DNA from: an uncultured Planctomycetaceae bacterium
Lineage (GTDB): Bacteria; Planctomycetota; Planctomycetia; Isosphaerales; Isosphaeraceae
Length of the DNA stretch: 64,000 nucleotides
Direction: 5' to 3'
Assembly (NCBI GenBank): GCA_963833985.1
Contig: CAWIAD010000001.1
Coordinates: 1,120,001 to 1,184,000 of the forward strand
Shown here in pieces: positions 54,477 to 64,000 of this stretch. The notes beneath the pieces were generated by a model. That model had not been told where the DNA came from. It worked only from the letters and a program-made list of their open reading frames with translations, and made no database searches. The translations under genes were made by a program, and so were the position numbers. Each line of letters begins with the position of its first letter. The first letter of the stretch is position 1.

Positions 54477-55013
54477 ATGGTCCAGCGCAGTACCGACCCG
54501 TTCCGCACCGCGGTGTTCGCGGGCACGTTCGACCCGCTCACTCTCGGCCACCTCGACGTGATTCGCCGCGGCCGGGTACTTTTCGACCATCTCGTGGTCG
54601 GCATCGGCGTGAACCCGGGCAAGTCCTCGCTGTTCAGCGTGGACGAGCGGATTGCCCTGGCCACCGCAGTGGTTGAGCCCTTTCGCAACGTCTCGGTCGA
54701 CCGTTTCGACGAGCTGACCGTGCAGTACGTACGGCGGATCGGCGCCCGGGTGATCCTCCGCGGCCTGCGCACACTGACCGACATGGAGTATGAGTTCGGC
54801 ATGACGCTCACGAACCACCGGCTCGATCCTGAGATCGAGACGGTCTTCCTCATGGCCGACGGCGAGTACTCGCACATCTCCAGCTCGCTGATCAAGCAGG
54901 TGGCCCGGTTCGGCGGTGCCGATGCGCTCCAGCGGTTCGTGCCGGAGGCGCTGATCGAGCCGATCCTGAACAAGATGAACACGCCCGATGCAGCCGAGCT
55001 GGCCCGCTGGTAG
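54477..55013 (+). CDS. coaD: Phosphopantetheine adenylyltransferase
   Basis: AVFAGTFDPLTLGHLDVI, RGLR..DMEYE, ISSSLIKQVA. Confidence 0.97.
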   Translation: MVQRSTDPFRTAVFAGTFDPLTLGHLDVIRRGRVLFDHLVVGIGVNPGKSSLFSVDERIALATAVVEPFRNVSVDRFDELTVQYVRRIGARVILRGLRTLTDMEYEFGMTLTNHRLDPEIETVFLMADGEYSHISSSLIKQVARFGGADALQRFVPEALIEPILNKMNTPDAAELARW

Positions 55014-55052
55014 GCCGCTGCCGCGGCGTCGCAGGCAAGCCGCACCGGCTGG

Positions 55053-55784
55053 TCAGGCGGGCTCGTTCCCGCCCCAGCCCTTGGGAATGAAGAGGTCCCG
55101 TGACCACTGGCGCAGACCGAGGCCGCGCGAACGGACCGCGTCGTGGAGGCACTTCAGCGCCTTCCAGGAACGGTCGAAGCTGGAATAGCTGAGCCATCCG
55201 GCGAACTCGTCGTCGTCGGAGTGCGAGCGTGAGGTGATGACGCGGCTGGAAACGACCATGTGGTCGAAGACGTCGTTGAGATCGGCGACGATGGCAGCCG
55301 CCTCCTTGACGCCCGCGGCTCCGAGGGCGCGGCCGAGGGCCGGGTCCGGCCAGCTCAGGTTCAGGCTACAGCTCAGGAACCGATCCTCATCGGGTTGCTT
55401 CCGGCTCAGCCAGAGATAGGCGGCTTCATCCCAGAGGTAGCGGACGCAGAGGTGTTCGACCCCGATGATACGGTGTGCGGGGAGGTCCTGGTCGTGGATA
55501 CCTCCGCGGACGGTCTCGGCGCTGGGCTCATGCGGCCGGCCGGTGCCGGCAGGCGGGGCCGCCTGATTGCGGGGCGGCTCGGCCCGGGTGGCGCGGAGCA
55601 CGCGGGCCGTGCTGAGCATCTCGTAAGACTGGACCAGTACGCGGAAGGCCCATTCGTCTCCCCCGGCGTCGGGGTGGAAGGTCTTGGCCTTGCGGCGGTA
55701 GGCGTCGCGAATCTGCTCCAGCGTGGCATCGGCCGGCACGCCGAGCACCGCGAGCGGGTCGATCTCGAAGCTGAAGGAAGCCAA
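55053..55784 (-). CDS. J-domain (DnaJ-like) protein with uncharacterised C-terminus
   Basis: DPLAVLGV..IRDAYRRKAKTFHPDAGG. Confidence 0.88.
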   Translation of the reverse strand: MASFSFEIDPLAVLGVPADATLEQIRDAYRRKAKTFHPDAGGDEWAFRVLVQSYEMLSTARVLRATRAEPPRNQAAPPAGTGRPHEPSAETVRGGIHDQDLPAHRIIGVEHLCVRYLWDEAAYLWLSRKQPDEDRFLSCSLNLSWPDPALGRALGAAGVKEAAAIVADLNDVFDHMVVSSRVITSRSHSDDDEFAGWLSYSSFDRSWKALKCLHDAVRSRGLGLRQWSRDLFIPKGWGGNEPA

Positions 55785-55931
55785 GGAGAAGCCCTCACCC
55801 GTCCTGTTCGTTTGGATCGCGCTGTGTCACTCTACCATGGAACGTGGCGCGGCCCTCGTCAATGGCGTGGCCGTGCCGCCTCGCTCGTGCCGCGCCCGTC
55901 CGCTCTGGCACCGCCTGGCCGTGCGGGCCGG

Positions 55932-56999
55932 TCAGGAGTCTCCCGCGGTCATCCGGCCGTTTCCAAGTCGGCTACGCAAATACGTGGCACGGGCGACGTT
56001 GCGCTCTTCAACCCCGAGCTCCGAGCCGCGCAGCTTCTGGAGGAAGGCGGGCTGGGTCTGAATGAACAGTTCGTTCACCGTGGCGATGGAGAGATCGTCG
56101 ATGAGGCCGAGGTTGATGCCCATGCGCACGCTCGAGAGCAGCAGCATGGTCTCCTCGCTGGAAATCGTCTGGGCGGTCTTGAGCACGCCGTAGGCGCGGC
56201 TGACCTGGTCGTGCAGGTGCTGCCGGCGCTCGGTGACCAGCGTTTGCCGGGCCTGCCGCTCGTAGAGCAGCACCTGGGGAACCACGTCGTTGAGAATGCG
56301 GATCAGCTCCTGCTCGCTCTTGCCCAGGGTTTGCTGATTGGAGATCTGGTAGAAGTCACCGAAGGCCTGGCTCCCCTCGCCGTAGAGCCCGCGTACCGCC
56401 AGGTTGATCTTCTGGAGGGCGCGGAAGACCTTGTCGATCTGCTTGGTCTGCACCAGACCCGGCAGATGGAGCATGACGCCCACGCGGATCCCGGTGCCCA
56501 CGTTGGTCGGGCAGGCGGTCAGGTATCCGAGCGCGGGGTTGAACGCGAAGGCGAGGTTCTCCTCGAGCTGGTCGTCCAGCGAGTTGATCTCATCCCAGAC
56601 CTCGTGGAGCCGGAACCCGGAGAGCATGTACTGGATGCGCAGGTGGTCTTCCTCGTTGACCATGATGGCGACGTTTTCCTGCGAGCTGATGGCCACGCCG
56701 CGCGGCCCCTCGTTGCTGGAGAGCTCGCGGGAGATGATCTGCCGCTCCACCAGGAACTGCCGGTCCAGCGGGGACAGGCCGTTCACGTCCAGGTAGTCCA
56801 GCTCGAGCTTGGCCGAGGTGATGGCCGAGCGGAAGTGCGATTCGATCTCCACTTTTTCCGACCGGCTGCCGCGGTTGGTGAACGGGAAGTCGGCGAGGTT
56901 CCGCGCCAGCCGGATCCGCGAGCACATCACGATATCGCTTTCCGGTCCCGTGCCGCGGAGCCATTCGCCCGAGGTTCTCGTCAGGTCGTCCAGAGTCAT
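55932..56999 (-). CDS. mcsB: Protein arginine kinase
   Basis: SRIRLARN, MVNEEDHLRIQ, GYLTACPTNVGTG, VRGLYGEGS, YQISNQQTLG. Confidence 0.96.
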   Translation of the reverse strand: MTLDDLTRTSGEWLRGTGPESDIVMCSRIRLARNLADFPFTNRGSRSEKVEIESHFRSAITSAKLELDYLDVNGLSPLDRQFLVERQIISRELSSNEGPRGVAISSQENVAIMVNEEDHLRIQYMLSGFRLHEVWDEINSLDDQLEENLAFAFNPALGYLTACPTNVGTGIRVGVMLHLPGLVQTKQIDKVFRALQKINLAVRGLYGEGSQAFGDFYQISNQQTLGKSEQELIRILNDVVPQVLLYERQARQTLVTERRQHLHDQVSRAYGVLKTAQTISSEETMLLLSSVRMGINLGLIDDLSIATVNELFIQTQPAFLQKLRGSELGVEERNVARATYLRSRLGNGRMTAGDS

Positions 57000-57481
57000 G
57001 CGTGGGTGTCCTTGAGGCGAAGCTGGTCCCGCAGCCGCGCGGCTTCTTCGTAATCCTCGCGGGCGATGGCTTCGCGAAGCTGGGACCTGAGTCGGAGCCG
57101 CTCGATCGCGCCGGGGCGCTTGCGGGCCCCTTTGCCGACATGCCGGGTGGCGCCGTGCACCCGCTGAAGGAGCGGCAGCAGCCCGCGGCCGAAGATCTGG
57201 TAGTCCTGCGGGCAGCCCAGCCGGCCCTGCGCCCGGAACTCCATGTACTTCAGTCCGCAGACCGGGCAGGAGAGCTCCGCGAGCTCGCCCACCAGCTCGC
57301 CGACGTTGGCGAGAATGAGGTTTTGCACGACCGCGTCCAGCGCCAGGTTCGGTGGCGCATCGGGGAACGCCAGGCCCGCCTTCTTGGCACAGGAAAGACA
57401 GAGGTAAAGCTCCTGGCGCTTGCCCCCTTTTCTCTCCGTCAGGTGGACCGACGCTTCGTTCTTGCACCGCTGGCAAATCAT
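56996..57481 (-). CDS. mcsA: McsA-like UvrB/UvrC-motif protein (second copy)
   Basis: CQRC..LCLSC..CPVCG..GRLGCPQDY..HVGK..EDYEEAARLRD. Confidence 0.92.
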   Translation of the reverse strand: MICQRCKNEASVHLTERKGGKRQELYLCLSCAKKAGLAFPDAPPNLALDAVVQNLILANVGELVGELAELSCPVCGLKYMEFRAQGRLGCPQDYQIFGRGLLPLLQRVHGATRHVGKGARKRPGAIERLRLRSQLREAIAREDYEEAARLRDQLRLKDTHA

Positions 57482-57539
57482 GAGCGCGCGACTTTCTGGA
57501 GGAAACCGGCAGACCATGGCAAGCGAAAATATTTTGAAA

Positions 57540-58047
57540 TCAACGGACCTGGTCCTGCTCGATCGACCTGATCTTGTCCCGCAGCCGGGCCGCCGTCTCG
57601 TAGTCCTCGGCGGCCACGGCGCGATTCGAGCTCGTTGCGCAACTGGATGAGGGTGGTCTGCTGCTGGGTATTCCGCGGCGCCCGCCGGGGCACCTTGCCG
57701 GAGTGCCGGGTCTCGCCGTGGATGCTCTCCAGCAGTGGCATGAGCTGGTCGTGGAAGATCTCGTAGTCGAACGGGCAGCCCAGCCTGCCCGAGGTCCGGA
57801 ATTCGAGGAACGTGATCTGGCAGACCGGACACACCTCCTTGTCCGCGGGCGAGGGCTCGCGCAGGGGAGGCTTCTCGATCAGCTTCTTCGCCAGGCCGCC
57901 GATGGACGGGGGATCCAGCGTGTCGTCGGGGGGTGCCAGGTGCTGGCGGGCGTGCTCGTCGCAGAAGTGATATTCCTTGTGCTTACCCTTCTCGATAATG
58001 TCAGTGATGTGAAAGGTTGCAGGTTTCGCACATTTTTGACATTTCAT
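57540..58047 (-). CDS. mcsA: McsA-like UvrB/UvrC-motif protein (first copy; frameshift near 57625)
   Basis: CQKC..FCDEH..CPVC..GRLGCPFDY..HSGKVP; tail AEDYETAARLRDKI in a shifted frame. Confidence 0.9.
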
Positions 58048-58081
58048 GAAAACACTCCGCCCGCCCCGTGCGATACCCGCA

Positions 58082-58150
58082 GAAAAAAAAGCTCACCCCA
58101 GCACGATCCGCCGAACCCGTTCGAGACCACGATCGAGTGCCGGGTGCCGG
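58082..58150 (-). terminator. Terminator-like hairpin followed by T8 in the mcsA leader
   Basis: Minus strand GCACCCGGCACTCGATC...GATCGTGCTGGGGTGAGC-TTTTTTTT (imperfect stem). Confidence 0.5.
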
Positions 58151-58169
58151 GAAGCAAGTCGATAATTCA

Positions 58170-58197
58170 ATTGTAATTACCCCCCCCGGGGTGTCAA
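58170..58197 (-). promoter_or_regulatory. Sigma70-type promoter for the mcsA-mcsA-mcsB operon
   Basis: Minus strand TTGACA (58197-58192), N16, TACAAT (58175-58170). Confidence 0.75.
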
Positions 58198-58290
58198 GAA
58201 ACGCGAGTCGTCGCCTTGCCCGCCCGGAGCCGGGCTGGTAATGTCCTGGATGTTGCATTCTGGCCGCCCGAGACGACGGTGACCGCCCCG

Positions 58291-59790
<1,500 letters not shown>

Positions 59791-59819
59791 ACGCCCGCCC
59801 GGCAGCTCTCCGGCCCGGG

Positions 59820-62100
59820 TCACCGCTGGTTCCGTTCCTCCTGGGCAAGCGCCGGCGCGATCGTCACGGACCCGTGAATGTCGACGGGGTTGGGCCCGGC
59901 ATGGATCGAGAGCTGGAACGAGATCGTCCGACCGGGCGGTACGCCGGGTACTGGAGACTTGCTGGAAGCGGTGTTTCCGGGCTCGGAGCGATCCGCGACT
60001 GAGACCTGCGCGCCGCAGGCAGTGGTCGGCGGCGGTGAGGCAGCCGGCACTGCCGGAATAGGCGTGGCCGGCTGCCACGTCGTGTCCCCGTGCGGCTCAA
60101 CCACGGTGATCCTCTCATAGTCCAGCAGCGTCCCCCTGGCTTCCTCGAGGGCAACGATCGAGATGTTGTAGGTGGATTTGAACTGTGCCTCCTGGGCCAC
60201 GGCCTGGGCATACTGGGCCACGGCGTCGAGGTGGCGGTCGAGCGTGATCCGCCCGTGATCGTAGGCTCCGCGCTGGGCTTCGACCCCCTGCGCCGCGGCG
60301 TTGCGGAGCCGCTTCGCGACCTGGTACTGCTTGTAATTGGCGTCAAGCTCGAGGAAGAACCGGGCCAACGAGTGTGTCGCCTGGTGGGTGACCTGCGTCA
60401 AGGCCTGTGAATCGAGCACGTTCAGTTGCCGCGGTGCGGGGCTGGTGTTCCGGGTTTTCGACGCCGGGTCAACCGCATCCGGCAGGAAGCTGTGCAGGAC
60501 CGCCTCGGAGATGGCCCCTGTTGTCGAGTTTTCGGCCTCCGTCCTGGTCTGGACGACGTCCGGCTGCTTCTGGAGCATCAATGCGAGACTGCGATCCCAG
60601 TCCGGCTCGAGCTTCTCCTCCGCGGGAACGCTCACCGGCACGATGCGGCGTGTGTCGGCAGTTGGCAGCTTCATGACATCTCGAAGTCGCCGCTCCACGG
60701 TCAGCACATCGGACACTTTCATGACCAGATCGAGACGGAACTGCTCCAGCCGCTGGCTGGCCTCCGCAACTTCGGCGACGGTTCCACGCTGGGCGGTGAG
60801 TTTCTGTTGCTCGGGCTTGAGGACGTCTTCTGTGAGCCGGACGGCCTGCTCGGCGGCCCAGAGAGCGACGAGCTGCTGGCACAGCATCCAGTATTGCTGC
60901 TCGATGGAGCGCACCAGCGCCATGACCTCGGACCGGAACCTCTGGGTGCTGGCCTTGCCGTCCGCGGGCTGAACGGTGCAATCCGCCGCGCGGGGCCTGG
61001 CCGGAGAGTCTTGCTCGCGTGTCGGCTCCGGCGAATCGGGTGCCTGCCCGCCGGTGCCGCTCACGTGGATTGTGTGTGAGTTCTCCAGCCCAATGCGAAT
61101 CGCCTCACGCAGCGAGAGCGGCCAGGCGTTCGCGCCGAATTTCTCCGGCTCGTGAAAGGGCGCAGGCGGCGCGGCCGCTGATCGGACCGGCCCATCGTGA
61201 GCCGCCGTGCCCGGCCTTTTCGGGTCCCCGGCCGCAACCCACGCGGCCGTGCCCAGGCCCGTCGCGAGCACGAGGACGGCGCACACCAGGGCTGCCGCGG
61301 TTTTCAGCTTGCTCAGAATCATCACCTGGAACACTCCTTTGACGAGGGCACGGACCGGCGCCGGGAACGACCCGGCCACGAGACCATCCTCAAGCGCACG
61401 GGTCGCCTGCGCAATCTCCAGCGCGTGACCGACGTTCCCCGTGACCTCACCCGCGAGGGTCACGCCGGACAGGCCCGGTGGCGCCAGGCCGGCACGGACG
61501 AGACGCCGGCGCAGCCGCTCACGGCCGCGGGCGCGCCAGCATTTGACGGTTCCCACCGGCCGGCCGATCCGCCGCGCCACCTCCTCACAGGTCAGTCCTT
61601 GAAGATCGCAGAGCACGATCACGGCGCGGTAGCGTTCGGGCAGGCGGTCGATCTCCGCGTGCAGAGTTTGCTCCCATCCTTCATCGGCTGGCGGAGGGAC
61701 CGCCTCGTGGACGTCGGCCCGCTCGGCCGCCCTTTGTTCCGCGCGCCGTCTGCGCACGGAAGCGGCCCGGGCGCACGCGGCAGTGCGGAGGGCCACCTGG
61801 TGCAGCCAGGGCCCCAGGGAATCGCGCACCCAGAGCCCGCGCAACTTGCGGATCAACACCAGGAACGTCGCCTGGAAGGCGTCGAGCGCCTCGTGCGGGT
61901 CCGCGAGCCGTGATCGGCAAACGCGCGAGCACCATCGCACCGTGCCGCTCCACGAGCGCCGCGAAGGCCAGCTCCGCGGCCTCGCGCTCACCGGTGGCAT
62001 ACCGCTCCAGCAACTGGCCGTCGCTGAGATCGCAGACGACCCCGATCTGAAACAAGGTACTGATCTGTCGCCGGACCGTCCTGTCCACCGTCGTCGCCAC
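59820..62100 (-). CDS. Planctomycete-type ECF sigma factor with TM and TolC-like C-terminal extension (frameshift near 61930)
   Basis: LSDGQLLERY..AFAALVERHGAMV / DAFQATFLVL..LPERYRAVIVLCDLQG..GTVK, then a TM. Downstream WPLSLREAIRIGLENS..VEQQYW-like helices, ending YNISIVALEEARGTLL. Confidence 0.88.
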
Positions 62101-62829
62101 GGGTGCAGTCCTCAGCCCCGAGAAGGTCGATTCAACGTGAGTAATGTTCCCACGACGAGTGCAGGTTGCAAGTTTTCTCGGAAAAGACCCGGGCGACGCC
62201 TGCGTGATCAGCGGCAAGTCTACAGTCCGGAAGGAAATACGTCGATCCGGCTGACAACGATTCCTGGCTGGCGATCTGGTTACTTTTTTCACCCATCCCG
62301 GAGCCGGGCGCGGATCGCCGGCTGGCTCCGGTCGCGCAGGAGTCGGGGAGGATCATCTCCGGAGGCCGGAGGCCACCTCACATCGGGGCGTCGTATCGTA
62401 TCCGGCCGAGCGCGCCATGCCGAGGCAGCTCGGACATGCCTGTAGATCTCGGCACGGCCCAGTCCGGCGGAGGGGAGGATGTAGTCTCGGTAAGTCCAGG
62501 ATGCCGCTTTCGCGCAGGAAGACGCAGGAGGCGGAATGACCAGGGGCATATGACAGGTTTCCTCGCCGAGCGATGCTTCGGTCGGCCAGCCTTCCCGGTG
62601 CTCAATGGCTTTCATGGATTCTTAACGCTATGCCGAATTCGCGAACTTGACGTTCCCGGATTGCATTGTTGGAACTGACCCGGGATGTGACAATTGGAGC
62701 ACGGGCATGGCCAATCGCGCGACCGCTTCCCGCGATCGGATTCCGCCATCGCTGTTGAAGGAGCCCGCGCCGGCGCGGCCGAACCGCCAGCGACGCCGGC
62801 GGCTAAATAGCTCCCCGTAAGAGGGAAAG

Positions 62830-62883
62830 TGTGGAACGGTCGCCCTCGGCCGTCCTAAGCCAGCCGAGGGCGGCTGGCCCACA
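62830..62883. repeat. REP-like inverted doublet (GTGG type)
   Basis: TGTGGAACGGTCGCCCTCGGCCG ... CAGCCGAGGGCGGCTGGCCCACA. Confidence 0.65.
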
Positions 62884-62933
62884 TTCCAAGAGGCGAGGAT
62901 CCATTTAGCCGCGTCAAGCCGGGAGAACAATCC

Positions 62934-64000
62934 ATGGGCGTTCCGGAACCCACCGACGGCCCGACCATGCCGGGCGCTCGGACGACCACGACCGCCGGAA
63001 GCGATGGCTCGTCGCGCACCGCAGGTCCTGGCCCGCCCGGGCTCGTACGGACTGAGCGCCGGGAGATGTCGGAGGGGGCTCCCCAGGCGCCCCCCTCGGG
63101 AGCGCCGACGATCGACCTGTCCGATCCCGCCGCTACGACGGTACGAAGCGGCTCACCGGCCGTGGCGGGGCCGCCCGCCCCGCGGGGGGCTGAGCTCGGT
63201 CCAGCACTCGAAGGAACTCTCACGGTCGCCAGGCCGGGTGAACCCCGGGAAGTACTGACCGTCGCGAAACCGGCCGGTGGACCGCCGCCGGCTGCCCGGG
63301 ACAGACCTCTGCCGACGATCGAAGGCTACCAGATCCTGGGCGAGCTCGGGCGCGGGGGCATGGGCGTGGTCTACCTCGCCCAACAGGTCCAACTGAACCG
63401 CCCGTGTGCCCTGAAGATGATCCTGGCCGGGGCCCATGCCGGCGACCTCGCCACCTCCCGCTTCCTGGCCGAGGCGCAGGCCGTCGCCCGCTTGCAGCAC
63501 CCCAACATCGTGCAGATCCACCACATCAGCGAGGCCGACGGGCTCCCCTACTTCGAGCTGGAGTACGTCGAGGGGGGCAGCCTGCGGAAGCAGCTTGACG
63601 GCACTCCCTGGCCGGCCCTGCGGGCGGCGGGGCTCGTCGAAGTCCTGGCGCGGGGCGTCGCCGAGGCGCACCGGATCGGCATCGTCCACCGCGATTTGAA
63701 GCCGGACAACGTCCTGCTGGCGGCCGATGGCACGCCCAAGATCACTGACTTCGGCCTGGCCAAGTCGCTGGAGGGCGACAGCGGCCTGACGGCGACCGAC
63801 TCGATCATGGGCTCGCCCAGCTACATGGCGCCCGAACAGGCCGAGGGGAAGGCCAAGCAGGTCGGGCCGAGCGCCGACATCTATGCCCTGGGGGCAATCC
63901 TGTACGAGCTCCTGACCGGCCGGCCGCCGTTTCGGGCCGCGACGGTCCTGGAGACGTTGGAGCAGGTCAGGGCGACCGAGCCGGTGCCGCCGTCGCGGCT
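62934..64000 (+). CDS. Ser/Thr protein kinase (runs off window end)
   Basis: YQILGELGRGGMGVVY, ALKMI, HRDLKPDN, KITDFGLAK, GSPSYMAPEQ, DIYALG. Confidence 0.95.
   Translation, partial: MGVPEPTDGPTMPGARTTTTAGSDGSSRTAGPGPPGLVRTERREMSEGAPQAPPSGAPTIDLSDPAATTVRSGSPAVAGPPAPRGAELGPALEGTLTVARPGEPREVLTVAKPAGGPPPAARDRPLPTIEGYQILGELGRGGMGVVYLAQQVQLNRPCALKMILAGAHAGDLATSRFLAEAQAVARLQHPNIVQIHHISEADGLPYFELEYVEGGSLRKQLDGTPWPALRAAGLVEVLARGVAEAHRIGIVHRDLKPDNVLLAADGTPKITDFGLAKSLEGDSGLTATDSIMGSPSYMAPEQAEGKAKQVGPSADIYALGAILYELLTGRPPFRAATVLETLEQVRATEPVPPSR

Noticed and set aside
58120..58150. CIRCE (HrcA) operator upstream of mcsA
   Set aside because: Only a GCACTC half-site is present; there is no matching GAGTGC at 9-bp spacing.

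Overview
High-GC bacterial DNA with a clear Planctomycetota (Isosphaeraceae-like) signature: an LEDRxLLS secreted protein, DUF1559, PEP-CTERM, a HYExAFE protein, an ECF sigma factor with a long C-terminal extension, and Ser/Thr kinases. Most of the window is ordinary metabolic, envelope and housekeeping content: PFOR, maltokinase, a MoxR/DUF58 cluster, a sugar-acid cluster, an RND efflux triad, dprA-aroB, coaD, mcsA-mcsA-mcsB and trpE. About 15 genes are split by small indels, most plausibly sequencing or assembly errors. The standout region is about 43.0-49.4 kb. Downstream of an intact dprA lie three co-oriented, diverged copies of the dprA 3' end. Two clearly begin, and the third appears to begin, at the same AT-rich tyrosine-recombinase/Xer-like core (CGCATTA-N8-TTATGTC) embedded in the FPQRNRIISGLC codons. 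Each copy is preceded by a related non-coding arm. Between them sits lower-GC cargo (a TlpA gene plus a truncated gene; a PEP-CTERM gene) bracketed by inverted GTATGGTGTCCCCGGAAC-type motifs. This looks like a tandem array of small, integrase-less cassettes that repeatedly integrate into dprA and replace its 3' half. That mechanism is inferred, not shown. No rRNA, tRNA, CRISPR array or recombinase gene was found in the window.
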